Shown: positions 41,150 to 50,223 of the stretch, piece after piece
Numbering within the stretch: the first letter of the stretch is position 1
Layout: each line of letters starts with the position of its first letter
Program-made: the position numbers and the translations under genes
Notes under the pieces: generated by a model
The model's input: the letters and a program-made list of their open reading frames with translations, nothing else
Told to the model about the DNA's origin: nothing
Database searches by the model: none
From: an uncultured Nitrospira sp.
Lineage (GTDB): Bacteria > Nitrospirota > Nitrospiria > Nitrospirales > UBA8639
Reading direction: 5' to 3'
NCBI RefSeq assembly: GCF_902500695.1
Contig: NZ_CABVRQ010000005.1
Location: 14,390-78,389 of the forward strand
DNA length: 64,000 bases

Positions 41150-44092
41150 CTATTCCGCTGCTTCAGGAATAAAGGCCATCGTTTCTTCTTCTTGGAAATG
41201 ATCTTCGGCTTCCTCTGCCTGCATGAATTCCTGAACTCGCATATTGCCGCTATCAACGGAATAAATGTGTCCTCTGGAGTCAGCCCCTATTCCATAGGGA
41301 AAGTTGAATTGGCCATCCTGGGAGCCGAAGCCGCCCCATTGGGTAATAAAGTTACCGTCTCGATCAAACTTTTGGAGGCGTTGGTTGCCGGTATCACTGA
41401 TAAATACGTCGCCTGATTCGTCTACAGCCACACCCCAGGGCGATCGGAATTGTCCCGGTTCTTGTGCCTGAGCGCTGCTGGCATGGCCAGGCCCAATGCC
41501 GCCGCCCCACTTGGTGAGTAATTGGGGGAGGACGTTTGAGCTGGTATCAAATTTTTGAATCCGATGATTACCCATATCAACCACATAGACGGTTCCGTCG
41601 GTTTGATCCACCGCAATACCTCGCGCAAAATAAAACTGCCCGTCCCCATTCCCAAAGCTTCCCCACTGCATGATAAATTCCCCGGTTTCATCAAATTTTT
41701 GAATCCGAAAGTTCGCACTATCGACGACATACAGGTACCCGCGGACCCGGTCTACGGCTACACCCCATGGAGCATTAAACTGTCCTTCGCCATTACCACG
41801 GGATCCGAGCTTCATCATGTAATGCCCTAATTTCCCATCAAACTTTTGAATACGATGGTTATTAGTGTCTGCCACATACACATTGCCATTCGCATCACAT
41901 GCGATACCGGTTGGGTTATTGAAACCGCCATTAGCGGAACCGAAACTTCCCCATAGTAGGATGAAATTGCCATTACGGTCGAATTTCTGGACTCGGTTGT
42001 TTCCGTTATCAACCACAAACAATGATCCTTGGCGATCAATCGTCAGCCCGTATAAAGGACTAATGAATTCTCCTCCATGGAGTAGCGAGGCTCCACGGCC
42101 TGGTTTTCCCCACTTTGTGGCACAAATATACCCGGACGTGTTGAGAAGGATATGGGTGCTGGCAGGAACAGAAACGTTATTGTTGGCATCTTTAAACCAA
42201 ACGTAGACGGTTTTTGTGCCATCGGTTGGAGAGGTGGTAAAAGGAATCGTGGCTCCAAATTTTTGTTCCGGCTCCACCTCAACCCACCCAGGCATGGTCC
42301 CGCTTGGGGTCATGGGATTTTCAGAAATGAAGTAGGCGGCCACTCCGCTATCTACGTCTTTAGCTGAGATGGTGGCGACCATGTCAGGACTATTGGTCAT
42401 GTAAGCCCCATGATTTATGACGATGTCAGGATTTTGAGGTGCAGAAATGTCGATCAGAACCGGGATAGCGGTTTGTTCTTCAGAAATCCGGCTTTCTGCT
42501 CCTTCTTCAGTGACTGAGGTCATGGCATAAAAATATGCCGTGTCATTCGTGAGGCCACTATGAATATAGGGGGTGGTCACGCCTTCAATCTTTGTGGAGG
42601 TATCTGTAGATATATGTGGTTCGGTACTGAAATAGAGGTTGTAACTGATGGCATTGGGAACTTCGAGCCAACTAAGGATGTTTTCCGTATCTCCGGGTTT
42701 AACGGCAAGGTTGATGGGGGCGGTAAGATCGCTGGAAACCCGTTTTTCTTGTTTGCCTCGATTGAGTTCTTCTTCTGTTGGGGCAAACTTGGTTAAACGA
42801 TGGTTGCCGCTGTCTATCACGTACACATATCCCTCTTTGTCTACTGCAATTCCTGACGGGAAATTCAGCTGCCCTTCGGTTAATCCCCGATTTCCCCAGG
42901 AAGTTAGATAAGTTCCGCTAGAATCAAATTTTTGGACGCGGTGATTTCCGCTGTCGACAATATAGACATATCCCAACGGGTCGCAGGCGACTCCCCATGG
43001 GGCTTTGAATTGGCCTGGGGCATTACCTTCCTTTCCCCACTTCAAAAGAAAGTTCCCACGTGCATCAAATTTTTGGATCCGATGGTTCCCCTCATCGGCA
43101 ATATAAATATTCCCGACAAAGTCAACTGCGAGGCCCCGAGGATAAAAGAACGCGCCGTCATATCCCCCGTCACGGCCCCACTTAAGCACAGGGGAGCCGT
43201 TTGGCAGGAATTTTTGAATTCTTGCATTGCTGGTATCAGAGACAAACAGATTGCCTTGAGAATCCGTGGTAATACCCCAAGGGACATCAAACTTCCCTGC
43301 TTCGGCCCCCCGCCAGGCAAAACCAAATTTTCCCCATGCGTTGATAATATTTCCTTCGGAATCAAATTTTTGGATGCGATTGTTCCCACTGTCGGCCACA
43401 TACACCTCTCCTTCTGGTGAGGTGGCGATGCCCCGTGGGTAGTAAAATTTTCCTTCGGTTGAGTCGGGTTCGTCTCCCCAACGTGCAAGAAATTTTCCCG
43501 ATCGGTCAAATTTCTGAATCGAATGATTGTCTGTGTCGCCGACATAAATATTTCCATCTTTATCAATAGCAATGCCGGTTGGTGATTTGAATTCTCCATC
43601 GTCGACACCTTCACACCCGATTTGCATGACGGAGAGGTAGGGAGAGGGAATGGACATCACTTCCTCGGACAATAGACTTTCACCTTCTTCTGTGACCACA
43701 GAGATGGCATAGTGGTAACAGAAGTTATTGGCCAAGTCGTTATGTTCGTAGGGAGATATCGCTCCTTCAATATAATTGGCTTTTTCTTTTGTAATCCCAA
43801 CTTTTGGGATGAAATCCTCATGTCCTGCTACTGGTCTCGTCAGCTCATTGGGCTTAATTTGAACGCCTTTGGTTGTCATGAAATACACGTTGTAGTACAG
43901 GGCTTCAGGGACAGGATCCCATGTGAGAGTAATGCGCGTATGATCAGGGATAGCACGTAAGTTGTCTGGTGCCTGTGGAATATTGGCATCCTGGTCTTGT
44001 CCTGCTCCCCAGTCCTCCCCCCCACTTTCTACGGTCAACATGTTTCGAGAAAGCGGATATTCATAAAATAAGGCATCGAGAAGTTTTGTCAT
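41150..44092 (-). CDS. large FN3 + NHL-repeat protein (two six-bladed NHL beta-propellers)
   Basis: 980 aa. Two modules, each with an FN3-like segment (ITLTWDPVPEALYYNVYF / ILSWLEVPNAISYNLYF) followed by six blades ending in N[HN]R[IV]QKFD-type strands, 12 in total. No N-terminal signal peptide is visible. Confidence 0.85.
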   Translation of the reverse strand: MTKLLDALFYEYPLSRNMLTVESGGEDWGAGQDQDANIPQAPDNLRAIPDHTRITLTWDPVPEALYYNVYFMTTKGVQIKPNELTRPVAGHEDFIPKVGITKEKANYIEGAISPYEHNDLANNFCYHYAISVVTEEGESLLSEEVMSIPSPYLSVMQIGCEGVDDGEFKSPTGIAIDKDGNIYVGDTDNHSIQKFDRSGKFLARWGDEPDSTEGKFYYPRGIATSPEGEVYVADSGNNRIQKFDSEGNIINAWGKFGFAWRGAEAGKFDVPWGITTDSQGNLFVSDTSNARIQKFLPNGSPVLKWGRDGGYDGAFFYPRGLAVDFVGNIYIADEGNHRIQKFDARGNFLLKWGKEGNAPGQFKAPWGVACDPLGYVYIVDSGNHRVQKFDSSGTYLTSWGNRGLTEGQLNFPSGIAVDKEGYVYVIDSGNHRLTKFAPTEEELNRGKQEKRVSSDLTAPINLAVKPGDTENILSWLEVPNAISYNLYFSTEPHISTDTSTKIEGVTTPYIHSGLTNDTAYFYAMTSVTEEGAESRISEEQTAIPVLIDISAPQNPDIVINHGAYMTNSPDMVATISAKDVDSGVAAYFISENPMTPSGTMPGWVEVEPEQKFGATIPFTTSPTDGTKTVYVWFKDANNNVSVPASTHILLNTSGYICATKWGKPGRGASLLHGGEFISPLYGLTIDRQGSLFVVDNGNNRVQKFDRNGNFILLWGSFGSANGGFNNPTGIACDANGNVYVADTNNHRIQKFDGKLGHYMMKLGSRGNGEGQFNAPWGVAVDRVRGYLYVVDSANFRIQKFDETGEFIMQWGSFGNGDGQFYFARGIAVDQTDGTVYVVDMGNHRIQKFDTSSNVLPQLLTKWGGGIGPGHASSAQAQEPGQFRSPWGVAVDESGDVFISDTGNQRLQKFDRDGNFITQWGGFGSQDGQFNFPYGIGADSRGHIYSVDSGNMRVQEFMQAEEAEDHFQEEETMAFIPEAAE

Positions 44093-44386
44093 GCTGTTCC
44101 CCTGAAATTGATGAGTCAGTTGTGTTGAATATGAAAAATTTGCAATAAATACAATGACTTACGAGAAAAGTCTACCAGGAGAAAAATAGGGAAGTCAAGG
44201 AGAGCTTAGCAGGCTATTTACCTCTTAACATTCTTTGACAGTAAGTCATATGGTAAGGGATGCAGATCAATGAATACTCTTACCTTATTCTTTTTGAAGA
44301 AAAATTGAGCCATAGTGGCCAAAAAACTTTACACCCATTTTATCATCAGCAAATATAAAGGTAAGAATGCGACAGAAATTCAGCAT

Positions 44387-44608
44387 TTAAGAGGGTTGGC
44401 CAATTCCGGATTTTGTGACGTTGGCAGCCTGCGGACCCTTAGCTCCTTCTACCAGGTCAAATTCTACGGATTCTCCCTCTTTTAGGGATTTAAATCCGTC
44501 TTCTTGAAGGGCAGAATAATGGACAAATACGTCCTGCCCACCTTCAACTTGAATGAATCCAAAACCTTTTCGATCATTAAACCATTTTACCGTTCCCTTA
44601 CTTCTCAT
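44387..44608 (-). CDS. cspA: cold-shock protein (CspA family)
   Basis: Start set at the ATG at 44608 ([20 protein letters not shown]), preceded by AAGGAGGAG. RNP1 KGFGFI, RNP2 VFVHY. The track ORF from 44710 is an upstream extension crossing a terminator. Confidence 0.9.
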   Translation of the reverse strand: MRSKGTVKWFNDRKGFGFIQVEGGQDVFVHYSALQEDGFKSLKEGESVEFDLVEGAKGPQAANVTKSGIGQPS

Positions 44609-44666
44609 GATGGCCCTCCTCCTTAAAGTACTTGTGGATATATATTGTAGGAAATTGTGCATGCCT

Positions 44667-44707
44667 AAAAAAAAAGCCGAAAAAGGAGTCCATTCCTCTC
44701 TCGGCTT
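44667..44707 (-). terminator. strong intrinsic terminator located in the csp leader (~58 nt upstream of the csp ATG)
   Basis: The minus strand reads AAGCCGAGAGAGGA-ATGGAC-TCCTTTTTCGGCTT followed by U9. This is a 14-bp stem (two G.U pairs), a 6-nt loop and 9 consecutive T. Confidence 0.75.
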
Positions 44708-44916
44708 CACGGCGTAATATTCTTCTCACTTCTTTACCCATATACCAAAACGAGAATGATGTAGCACAGTTTGAAGAATCTGTCAATAAATGACAGAAGG
44801 AAATTCATTCCCTACTATCTCGCCTGTAGGGTATTTGTCTCAGATATTTAATTGATAATGGCCGAGGGGGCCATGCTGGTCATCCAATATTTTTTATCAC
44901 TTTTTATTTATCTGTA

Positions 44917-46014
44917 TTGTCCAAGCCGTTGATCAGACTACTTGATCGGTACATTTTTTTTGAGTTGCTCCCCCCGTTTTTGACCAGCCTGACCGGATTG
45001 TGTTTCATCATTTTTACCAAGGAAATGCTACGGCTGGTGGACTTAGTGGTATCCCGAGGGATTAGCTTGGCCGCCTTGGGTTCAATTGTGCTGCATTTGC
45101 TTCCTTCCTTTTTAGTCCTGACCTTACCAATTGCCTGCTTGATTGCCTCAATTTCGGCATTTAATCGCCTGTCGTTTGATAATGAGGTGATTGCCATTCG
45201 AGCCGCTGGGGTCAGTTTCTGGCGAATCAACCTTCCTGTAGTGGTCTTTTCCGGTATCGTATTTCTCTTAACCGTGTATCTTTCTCAATGGGGCCAACCG
45301 TGGGCCAATGTTTCATTGAAGACTTTGGCCCTGAGTGTCATCGAAGATGAGTTGACTCTTGCTGTTGATTCGGGTGTGTTTAATGAACCGATTCCCGGAC
45401 TCATGGTGTATGTGCCTCACTCGGAGAATGCCTCCGGCCATAAGGGCGTATTTATTTCTGATCAGCGTAATCGGGAGCAACCCTTGATTATTGTGGCGGA
45501 GAATTTTCAAATGTTGAAACAGAGCGAACGTCAGCAGTTTGGCATTCGCCTGTTTAGGGGGGCTATCCATCAAATCCCCAAAGATGCCAATAGTTTTCAT
45601 CGGGTCACCTTTGATACCTATGATTTTTGGCTTTCTTCACCATTTACGTCAGTGAAAGAAAAGACCAAACGGAAAACCTACGAAGACCTCACGCAACAAT
45701 TGGAAGAATCAGGTGGATCGGATGCTGGTGCCCTTCGTCGATTAATAGAGTTTCATAAAGACACGGCCTTTCCGGTCGCCACCTTTGTGCTGGGGTTATT
45801 GGGCGTCCCAATCGGAATTGTGTCGAAGCGGTCGGGCAAAGCAGGAGGGTTTGCGATTGGGGTTCTCGTGGTCATCGGGTTTTATCTATTAAATGTGTTG
45901 GGAGAGTTTCTCGTGACGACTTTGGTGATTTCTCCATTTGCCGGCGCGTGGATGCCTAACATCGTCCTGGCCTGCCTGACAGGATTTTTATTTGTTCAAG
46001 CCCGAAAACAATGA
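44917..46014 (+). CDS. lptF: LPS export ABC permease LptF (YjgP/YjgQ family)
   Basis: 365 aa with a TTG start. LLDRYIFFELLPPF N-terminus, six TM segments around a periplasmic beta-jellyroll region, followed by its paralog. Confidence 0.75.
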   Translation: MSKPLIRLLDRYIFFELLPPFLTSLTGLCFIIFTKEMLRLVDLVVSRGISLAALGSIVLHLLPSFLVLTLPIACLIASISAFNRLSFDNEVIAIRAAGVSFWRINLPVVVFSGIVFLLTVYLSQWGQPWANVSLKTLALSVIEDELTLAVDSGVFNEPIPGLMVYVPHSENASGHKGVFISDQRNREQPLIIVAENFQMLKQSERQQFGIRLFRGAIHQIPKDANSFHRVTFDTYDFWLSSPFTSVKEKTKRKTYEDLTQQLEESGGSDAGALRRLIEFHKDTAFPVATFVLGLLGVPIGIVSKRSGKAGGFAIGVLVVIGFYLLNVLGEFLVTTLVISPFAGAWMPNIVLACLTGFLFVQARKQ

Positions 46015-46042
46015 TCAAGATTTTTTTCAAACAGATTCGATC

Positions 46043-47131
46043 ATGAAAAAAATTTCTTGGTATGTGTTTGGGAAATTCAGCCGGGCTTTCCTGATGTGTC
46101 TTGTAACCGTACTGACGATTTATCTCGTCGTGGATTTTTTCGAAAAATTAAGAAAGTTTTTGAAATATGATGCAGATTTAACGGTTATTTTCAGCTTTTT
46201 TGTCTATCGAATTCCTGAAATTGCCTTTTTACTGGCCCCACTGGCAGCGCTGATGGCGTCAATTTTGACCGTTGGTGGGCTGAATCGGACTCGTGAAATC
46301 ACGGCGATGCGTAGTTGTGGTTTAAGTTTTTATCAAATTGCCATTCCCTTTTTTGTCTTTGGTGCGCTCGTGAGTGTCGTGGGTCTGAGTTTGACGGCTG
46401 TGTTGATTCCCCTGGCCAATATCAAAGCCGAATATGTCCAATCGGTCTTGATCCAAAATAAACCAGAGCCCCTCTTACTCACTCCTGAACGTTTGTGGCT
46501 CCGAGTGGGACGAAATCACCTTTTGCGTATTGATTCGGTGACAGAGGATGGATTTCGTTTGAATGGTATTCATCAGTACACACTTGATGATGGCTTCAGT
46601 CTCAAGGAAATCCTTGAAGGGGAATGGGCAGCATTTGTCGATGAGGAATGGGTGATAGAGCATGTGATTGAGCGAACATTTCAAGGGGAAGATCGCATGC
46701 AAGTGAAGGGGAGGCCACGGCAGGTGTTGTCCCTTTCCCTCACGCCTGAAGATTTTCAGAATTGGCTATCTCAGTCTCCAGAGCATATGTCGTTGTATCA
46801 ATTGCATGACTATATTCAGCGAGTAATTGAAGATGGCCATAGTCCTCATCGTTTTTTAACTGATTATTGGGCTCGTTTTGCCTACTCCCTCGTTCCTCTG
46901 GTGATGACACTGCTAGGGATCTCGGTAAGTCTTCGAGGAAGTGGTGAGCGTGGGGTTGGAGTCGCAAAGGGGCTTGGGCAAACTCTGGCAATTGGGTTTT
47001 TCTTCTGGGCGGCGCATTCGGTGGGTATTGTCTTAGGACGCAATGGAGCGGTGTTGCCGATCATTGGTAGCTGGATTGCCACAGCCATGTTTTTGATCAT
47101 CGGGATTAATCTTTTTTTAAAGCTAAAATGA
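46043..47131 (+). CDS. lptG: LPS export ABC permease LptG (YjgP/YjgQ family)
   Basis: Start at the ATG at 46043 (MKKISWYVFGKFSRAFLMCL...VVDFFEKLRKF), YjgP/YjgQ architecture, in the lptF-lptG tandem order. Confidence 0.75.
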   Translation: MKKISWYVFGKFSRAFLMCLVTVLTIYLVVDFFEKLRKFLKYDADLTVIFSFFVYRIPEIAFLLAPLAALMASILTVGGLNRTREITAMRSCGLSFYQIAIPFFVFGALVSVVGLSLTAVLIPLANIKAEYVQSVLIQNKPEPLLLTPERLWLRVGRNHLLRIDSVTEDGFRLNGIHQYTLDDGFSLKEILEGEWAAFVDEEWVIEHVIERTFQGEDRMQVKGRPRQVLSLSLTPEDFQNWLSQSPEHMSLYQLHDYIQRVIEDGHSPHRFLTDYWARFAYSLVPLVMTLLGISVSLRGSGERGVGVAKGLGQTLAIGFFFWAAHSVGIVLGRNGAVLPIIGSWIATAMFLIIGINLFLKLK

Positions 47132-47429
47132 GGGATTCGCGATTTCCTTGAAGATCGATCCAATGAATGCGTGATTGGGAATTTTGTCATCGGTTGCTCG
47201 CTACCATTAGTGTTTGTTTTTGATGCTGTGCAATGTATGAATTTGTCAAATATTCTCACGAACACGCAAGGTTATTTCTTAACTCCCCCTGACTTGGATC
47301 CGATAACATCTGCACAGAGATGGAGTTCGAAGGGTAGAGCGATCCAAAGCAGCCAGGCAGTCAGTTGATAGGAAAATTCCCAAAACTCATCACTTACATA
47401 AGGTTGTGGTTATCGGATAAAAAATTTAA

Positions 47430-47525
47430 CAGGTGACAAGGGCAAACTATCCGTGAGGGTAGGGCGCAAAGCCAAGAAACCCTGAGAGCGTGGTTGTGTC
47501 AGGGTTCGTCTGGTTACCGAACTGT
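47430..47525 (+). promoter_or_regulatory. c-di-GMP-I (GEMM-I) riboswitch aptamer
   Basis: GGUGAC-AAGGGCAAAC-UAUCC-GUGA-GGGUA-GGGCGCAAAGCC-AAG-AAACCCUG..CAGGGUU-CGUCUG-GUUACC-GAAC. This has the P1 helix GGUGAC/GUUACC, a GNRA-capped hairpin, a 7-bp P2 helix, and the conserved GGGCAAAC, CGCAAAGCC and GGUUACCGA blocks as in V. cholerae Vc2. Confidence 0.8.
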
Positions 47526-47550
47526 GTTGGTAGGTCCATGCGTTCGTTCA

Positions 47551-47584
47551 TGCGCCCATTCCCTGGAATCGGGCGCTTTTTTTT
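47551..47584 (+). terminator. intrinsic terminator (riboswitch expression platform)
   Basis: GCGCCCATT..AATCGGGCGC hairpin followed by T8 (47577-47584). It lies 24 nt before the sigma-factor ATG and just upstream of the AAGGGAAAGG RBS. Confidence 0.8.
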
Positions 47585-47607
47585 GGTCACAAGGGAAAGG
47601 CCGAAAT

Positions 47608-48486
47608 ATGAACGAAGACGCGCAACATTTCACAGAGCCAGCAGTTGGTGTCGAAGAACTCGACTCGTCTTGTCTTGGCTCAGTTAGATATGCCAAAGAA
47701 GAACAGACGGAGGTACAGGACCAGCTCGGGCAGGAACATGTTACCCGGATTTTATTGGAGTTTCTCCCGACCATTCGCCGGATGGCTGGAATCATGGCGT
47801 TCAAGAATCCCTTTTCCCTGGATGTCGAGGATTTGACGAGCGCAGGGGCTATGGGTCTGTTGTCGGCGTTAAAGCGCTATGATCCCACACGGGATGTCAA
47901 ATTTCGAACATTTGCCGAATATCGAATCCGTGGCATGATGTTAGATGAAATTCGGGCCATGGATTGGGTTCCTCGGTCCGTTCGATCTCGCCGAGATCAA
48001 GTGCGACAGATTGTTGAAGAGCATCTTCAGAAAAACGGTAAGCCACCGACTACACAGGAATTGGCCACGCTATTGGGCGTTCCTATTGATGAAATAGAGG
48101 GAGTGGGAGGGTGTGATCCTCGTTTAATTAGTCTGGATGAGCCGGTTGGTCAGGGGGAAGATGAATGTACGCTTCGTGATGTTTTGCCGGATGTTAACCA
48201 TCTGGACCCTTTTGTGGCCTGTGCGGATGCAGAAATGAAGGCGGCATTGGCAGCGGCGCTTGAGACATTATCGGCACGCCAGCAAGAGGTACTTCAATCC
48301 TATTATCACAACGGATTGACGATGAAAGAAATTGGTTACCAAATGGGTCTTACTGAATCTGGCGTCTGTCGGGTGCATTCCGGTGCACTCCGACATTTAC
48401 GCATAGAGTTGAAACGTATTGAGGATGGGGGACCCAGTGCCCCTCGTCCTAAGAATTTACGAAAAACGCGTGTAGCTGATGACTAG
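47608..48486 (+). CDS. fliA: RNA polymerase sigma factor, FliA/WhiG (sigma-28) family
   Basis: Start set at the ATG at 47608, after the RBS and downstream of the terminator. GLLSALKRYDPTRDVKFRTFAEYRIRGMMLDEIRAMDWVPRSVR (region 2, FliA-typical DWVPRS), region 3, and region 4 LTMKEIGYQMGLTESGVCRVHSGALRHLR. Confidence 0.85.
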   Translation: MNEDAQHFTEPAVGVEELDSSCLGSVRYAKEEQTEVQDQLGQEHVTRILLEFLPTIRRMAGIMAFKNPFSLDVEDLTSAGAMGLLSALKRYDPTRDVKFRTFAEYRIRGMMLDEIRAMDWVPRSVRSRRDQVRQIVEEHLQKNGKPPTTQELATLLGVPIDEIEGVGGCDPRLISLDEPVGQGEDECTLRDVLPDVNHLDPFVACADAEMKAALAAALETLSARQQEVLQSYYHNGLTMKEIGYQMGLTESGVCRVHSGALRHLRIELKRIEDGGPSAPRPKNLRKTRVADD

Positions 48487-49056
48487 TTAAATGGTGTGCT
48501 TATTGAAGAATTCGTGTCCGCCAATTTTGGCGACTTTGCGGTTGACCTGAGCCCAACGGGGAGTTTTGACTAGTTGGGGATTATAAAACAGCACAGCCCC
48601 ATCCACCACCTTCCGACCGTCTTGCACAAGCCTCCAGGCTAACAAACTTTCTTGCATGATTCGATTCGTTTGATCAAATTTCACTTCCTCTGGATTCCGC
48701 CCCATCCATGGTTCAAACTGTTTGGCACGAAGAACCGTGCCCTTAACCGTGCCATCGCTGTGGTATTTGTGAGTCATCCGGTTCCGAATGACGGCTGCCA
48801 CGGCTAACTTTCCAGCAAAACTTTCCCCACGGGCTTCCAGGTAGATAGTTAGGGCGGCTAATGTGTCGTCGCTGTGGGTGGAATCTTTTAAGTGGGTCAT
48901 TTCTAGCGGTAATGGTGATCCAAGCGTAGAAGACGAAAGAACCCATGCGATATCAGCCGAATTTACGTGAGTAGGTGAGACAGGGATTAAGCATAAGGAG
49001 AAGGTTTCAATACCGATGATGAGGATAAAAGACAAAAGTGTTTGGTTTCGTTTCAT
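48487..49056 (-). CDS. secreted cell-wall hydrolase (SleB/Hydrolase_2 domain)
   Basis: 189 aa. Signal peptide, then LTIYLEARGESFAGKLAVAAVIRNRM, QFEPWM, LFYNP and GGHEFF, typical of the SleB-type lytic domain. Confidence 0.75.
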   Translation of the reverse strand: MKRNQTLLSFILIIGIETFSLCLIPVSPTHVNSADIAWVLSSSTLGSPLPLEMTHLKDSTHSDDTLAALTIYLEARGESFAGKLAVAAVIRNRMTHKYHSDGTVKGTVLRAKQFEPWMGRNPEEVKFDQTNRIMQESLLAWRLVQDGRKVVDGAVLFYNPQLVKTPRWAQVNRKVAKIGGHEFFNKHTI

Positions 49057-49497
49057 TTTATCCCTTTTGGTAGTGATGGGTTTAAAGTTATTGCTTGTTG
49101 TTTTTTTGGTAAAATGAAGGTGACAAGTTCAATGAAACGCTTCTTGGACTAGGTCTTTCGCAATGTATATGCCATTGATGTTTTAGATTGTTCATTGGCC
49201 TGTTTTTATGGGAGTCTTGTGTTGTAGGGGGGAGTTTGGTGTTAGGATTTTTGTGTTTTTATAAATAACAGGTGGCCTCCATTCAGCATTGTGTCGTGGT
49301 TCCGGGACATCAAAGACAAGATAAAACGGGTTTTTTGATATAGGCATTGGAAACAGGAAGATTTCGAGATGCTCGTACTGATCAAAAATCTGACAATTTT
49401 AAAACTGGGTTAAGCGAATCAGCGAAATATGGACTGAACGACCCGGGAATCTATAGAGGATGGTGCCTATTCCACGATTTTAGTGATGGAGGAGATC

Positions 49498-50058
49498 ATG
49501 AGGGTTTCGTCGGCGAGCGAAAGAGCATGGGAAAAGATGGTTCGTTTCGGAGTGGGAGTATTTTTTCTGGTTACGTTACCGCTTTCCAATGGTTGGGCTC
49601 AGTCAGACCAGATATCTATCCTGCCTATTAAACCTCTCGCTCACGCTAAAGTGTATTTGATGGCCGGAGATTACCGGCGGGCGGTGGAGGCTTGCCAAAA
49701 AAATATTGACCGCGATCCCTCGGTTGAAGCGTATGTTTATTTGGCCTACGTTTATCAGGCAATTGATGGTTATTTAGGATCATTAGCGAAGCAGGAGGAT
49801 TATGTAAAAGTGGAGCAATTGGCGCTGAATTTGACCACACGGAACATCCTTGATCTCATTGATCCGCCCAATGTCATGCCACGTATGGCGCAGGAGCTTA
49901 TTCATGAAGGCCTTCGGCAACAATTTGACTTGACCGCAGCGATGGCCAATCGATTGAGTCGGACTAGGACGGATGAATTGTGGGCACAACAAACCCGGTG
50001 GCGTGAATTGAAGCCTGATTCCTGGTGGACAGGCGCACCGGATGAATGGCAGTGGTGA
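49498..50058 (+). CDS. secreted hypothetical protein (TPR-like helical)
   Basis: ATG at 49498 after GGAGGAG. Signal peptide VGVFFLVTLPLSNGWAQ. The helical repeat region (YLMAGDYRRAVEACQKNIDRDPSVEAYVYLAYVYQAI) resembles a TPR. Confidence 0.5.
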   Translation: MRVSSASERAWEKMVRFGVGVFFLVTLPLSNGWAQSDQISILPIKPLAHAKVYLMAGDYRRAVEACQKNIDRDPSVEAYVYLAYVYQAIDGYLGSLAKQEDYVKVEQLALNLTTRNILDLIDPPNVMPRMAQELIHEGLRQQFDLTAAMANRLSRTRTDELWAQQTRWRELKPDSWWTGAPDEWQW

Positions 50059-50223
50059 ATTCTGTTCCTGCCTTTCTTGGGAGTGGAGAGGTCCAGCAGA
50101 TCACAGGGGGAGCCCTCATTAGCCAGCTAACCGTGTATGAGTGAGTTGACAGTCCGACAAGAGCGGTTTTAGGATGCCAGCATAGCCTGGGCATTTTGTC
50201 GTATTTATCCAAGGAGGCAGTCA

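Noticed and set aside
41422-43614. Several alternate-frame ORFs of 70-190 aa on both strands within the NHL-repeat gene.
   Set aside because: The 980-aa frame shows regular NHL/FN3 periodicity along its whole length. The others are by-products of repetitive sequence.
44093-44386. A sigma-54 (TGGCAC-N5-TTGCA) promoter upstream of the NHL-repeat gene.
   Set aside because: A TTGCA is present on the minus strand, but no GG dinucleotide lies at the required -24 spacing.
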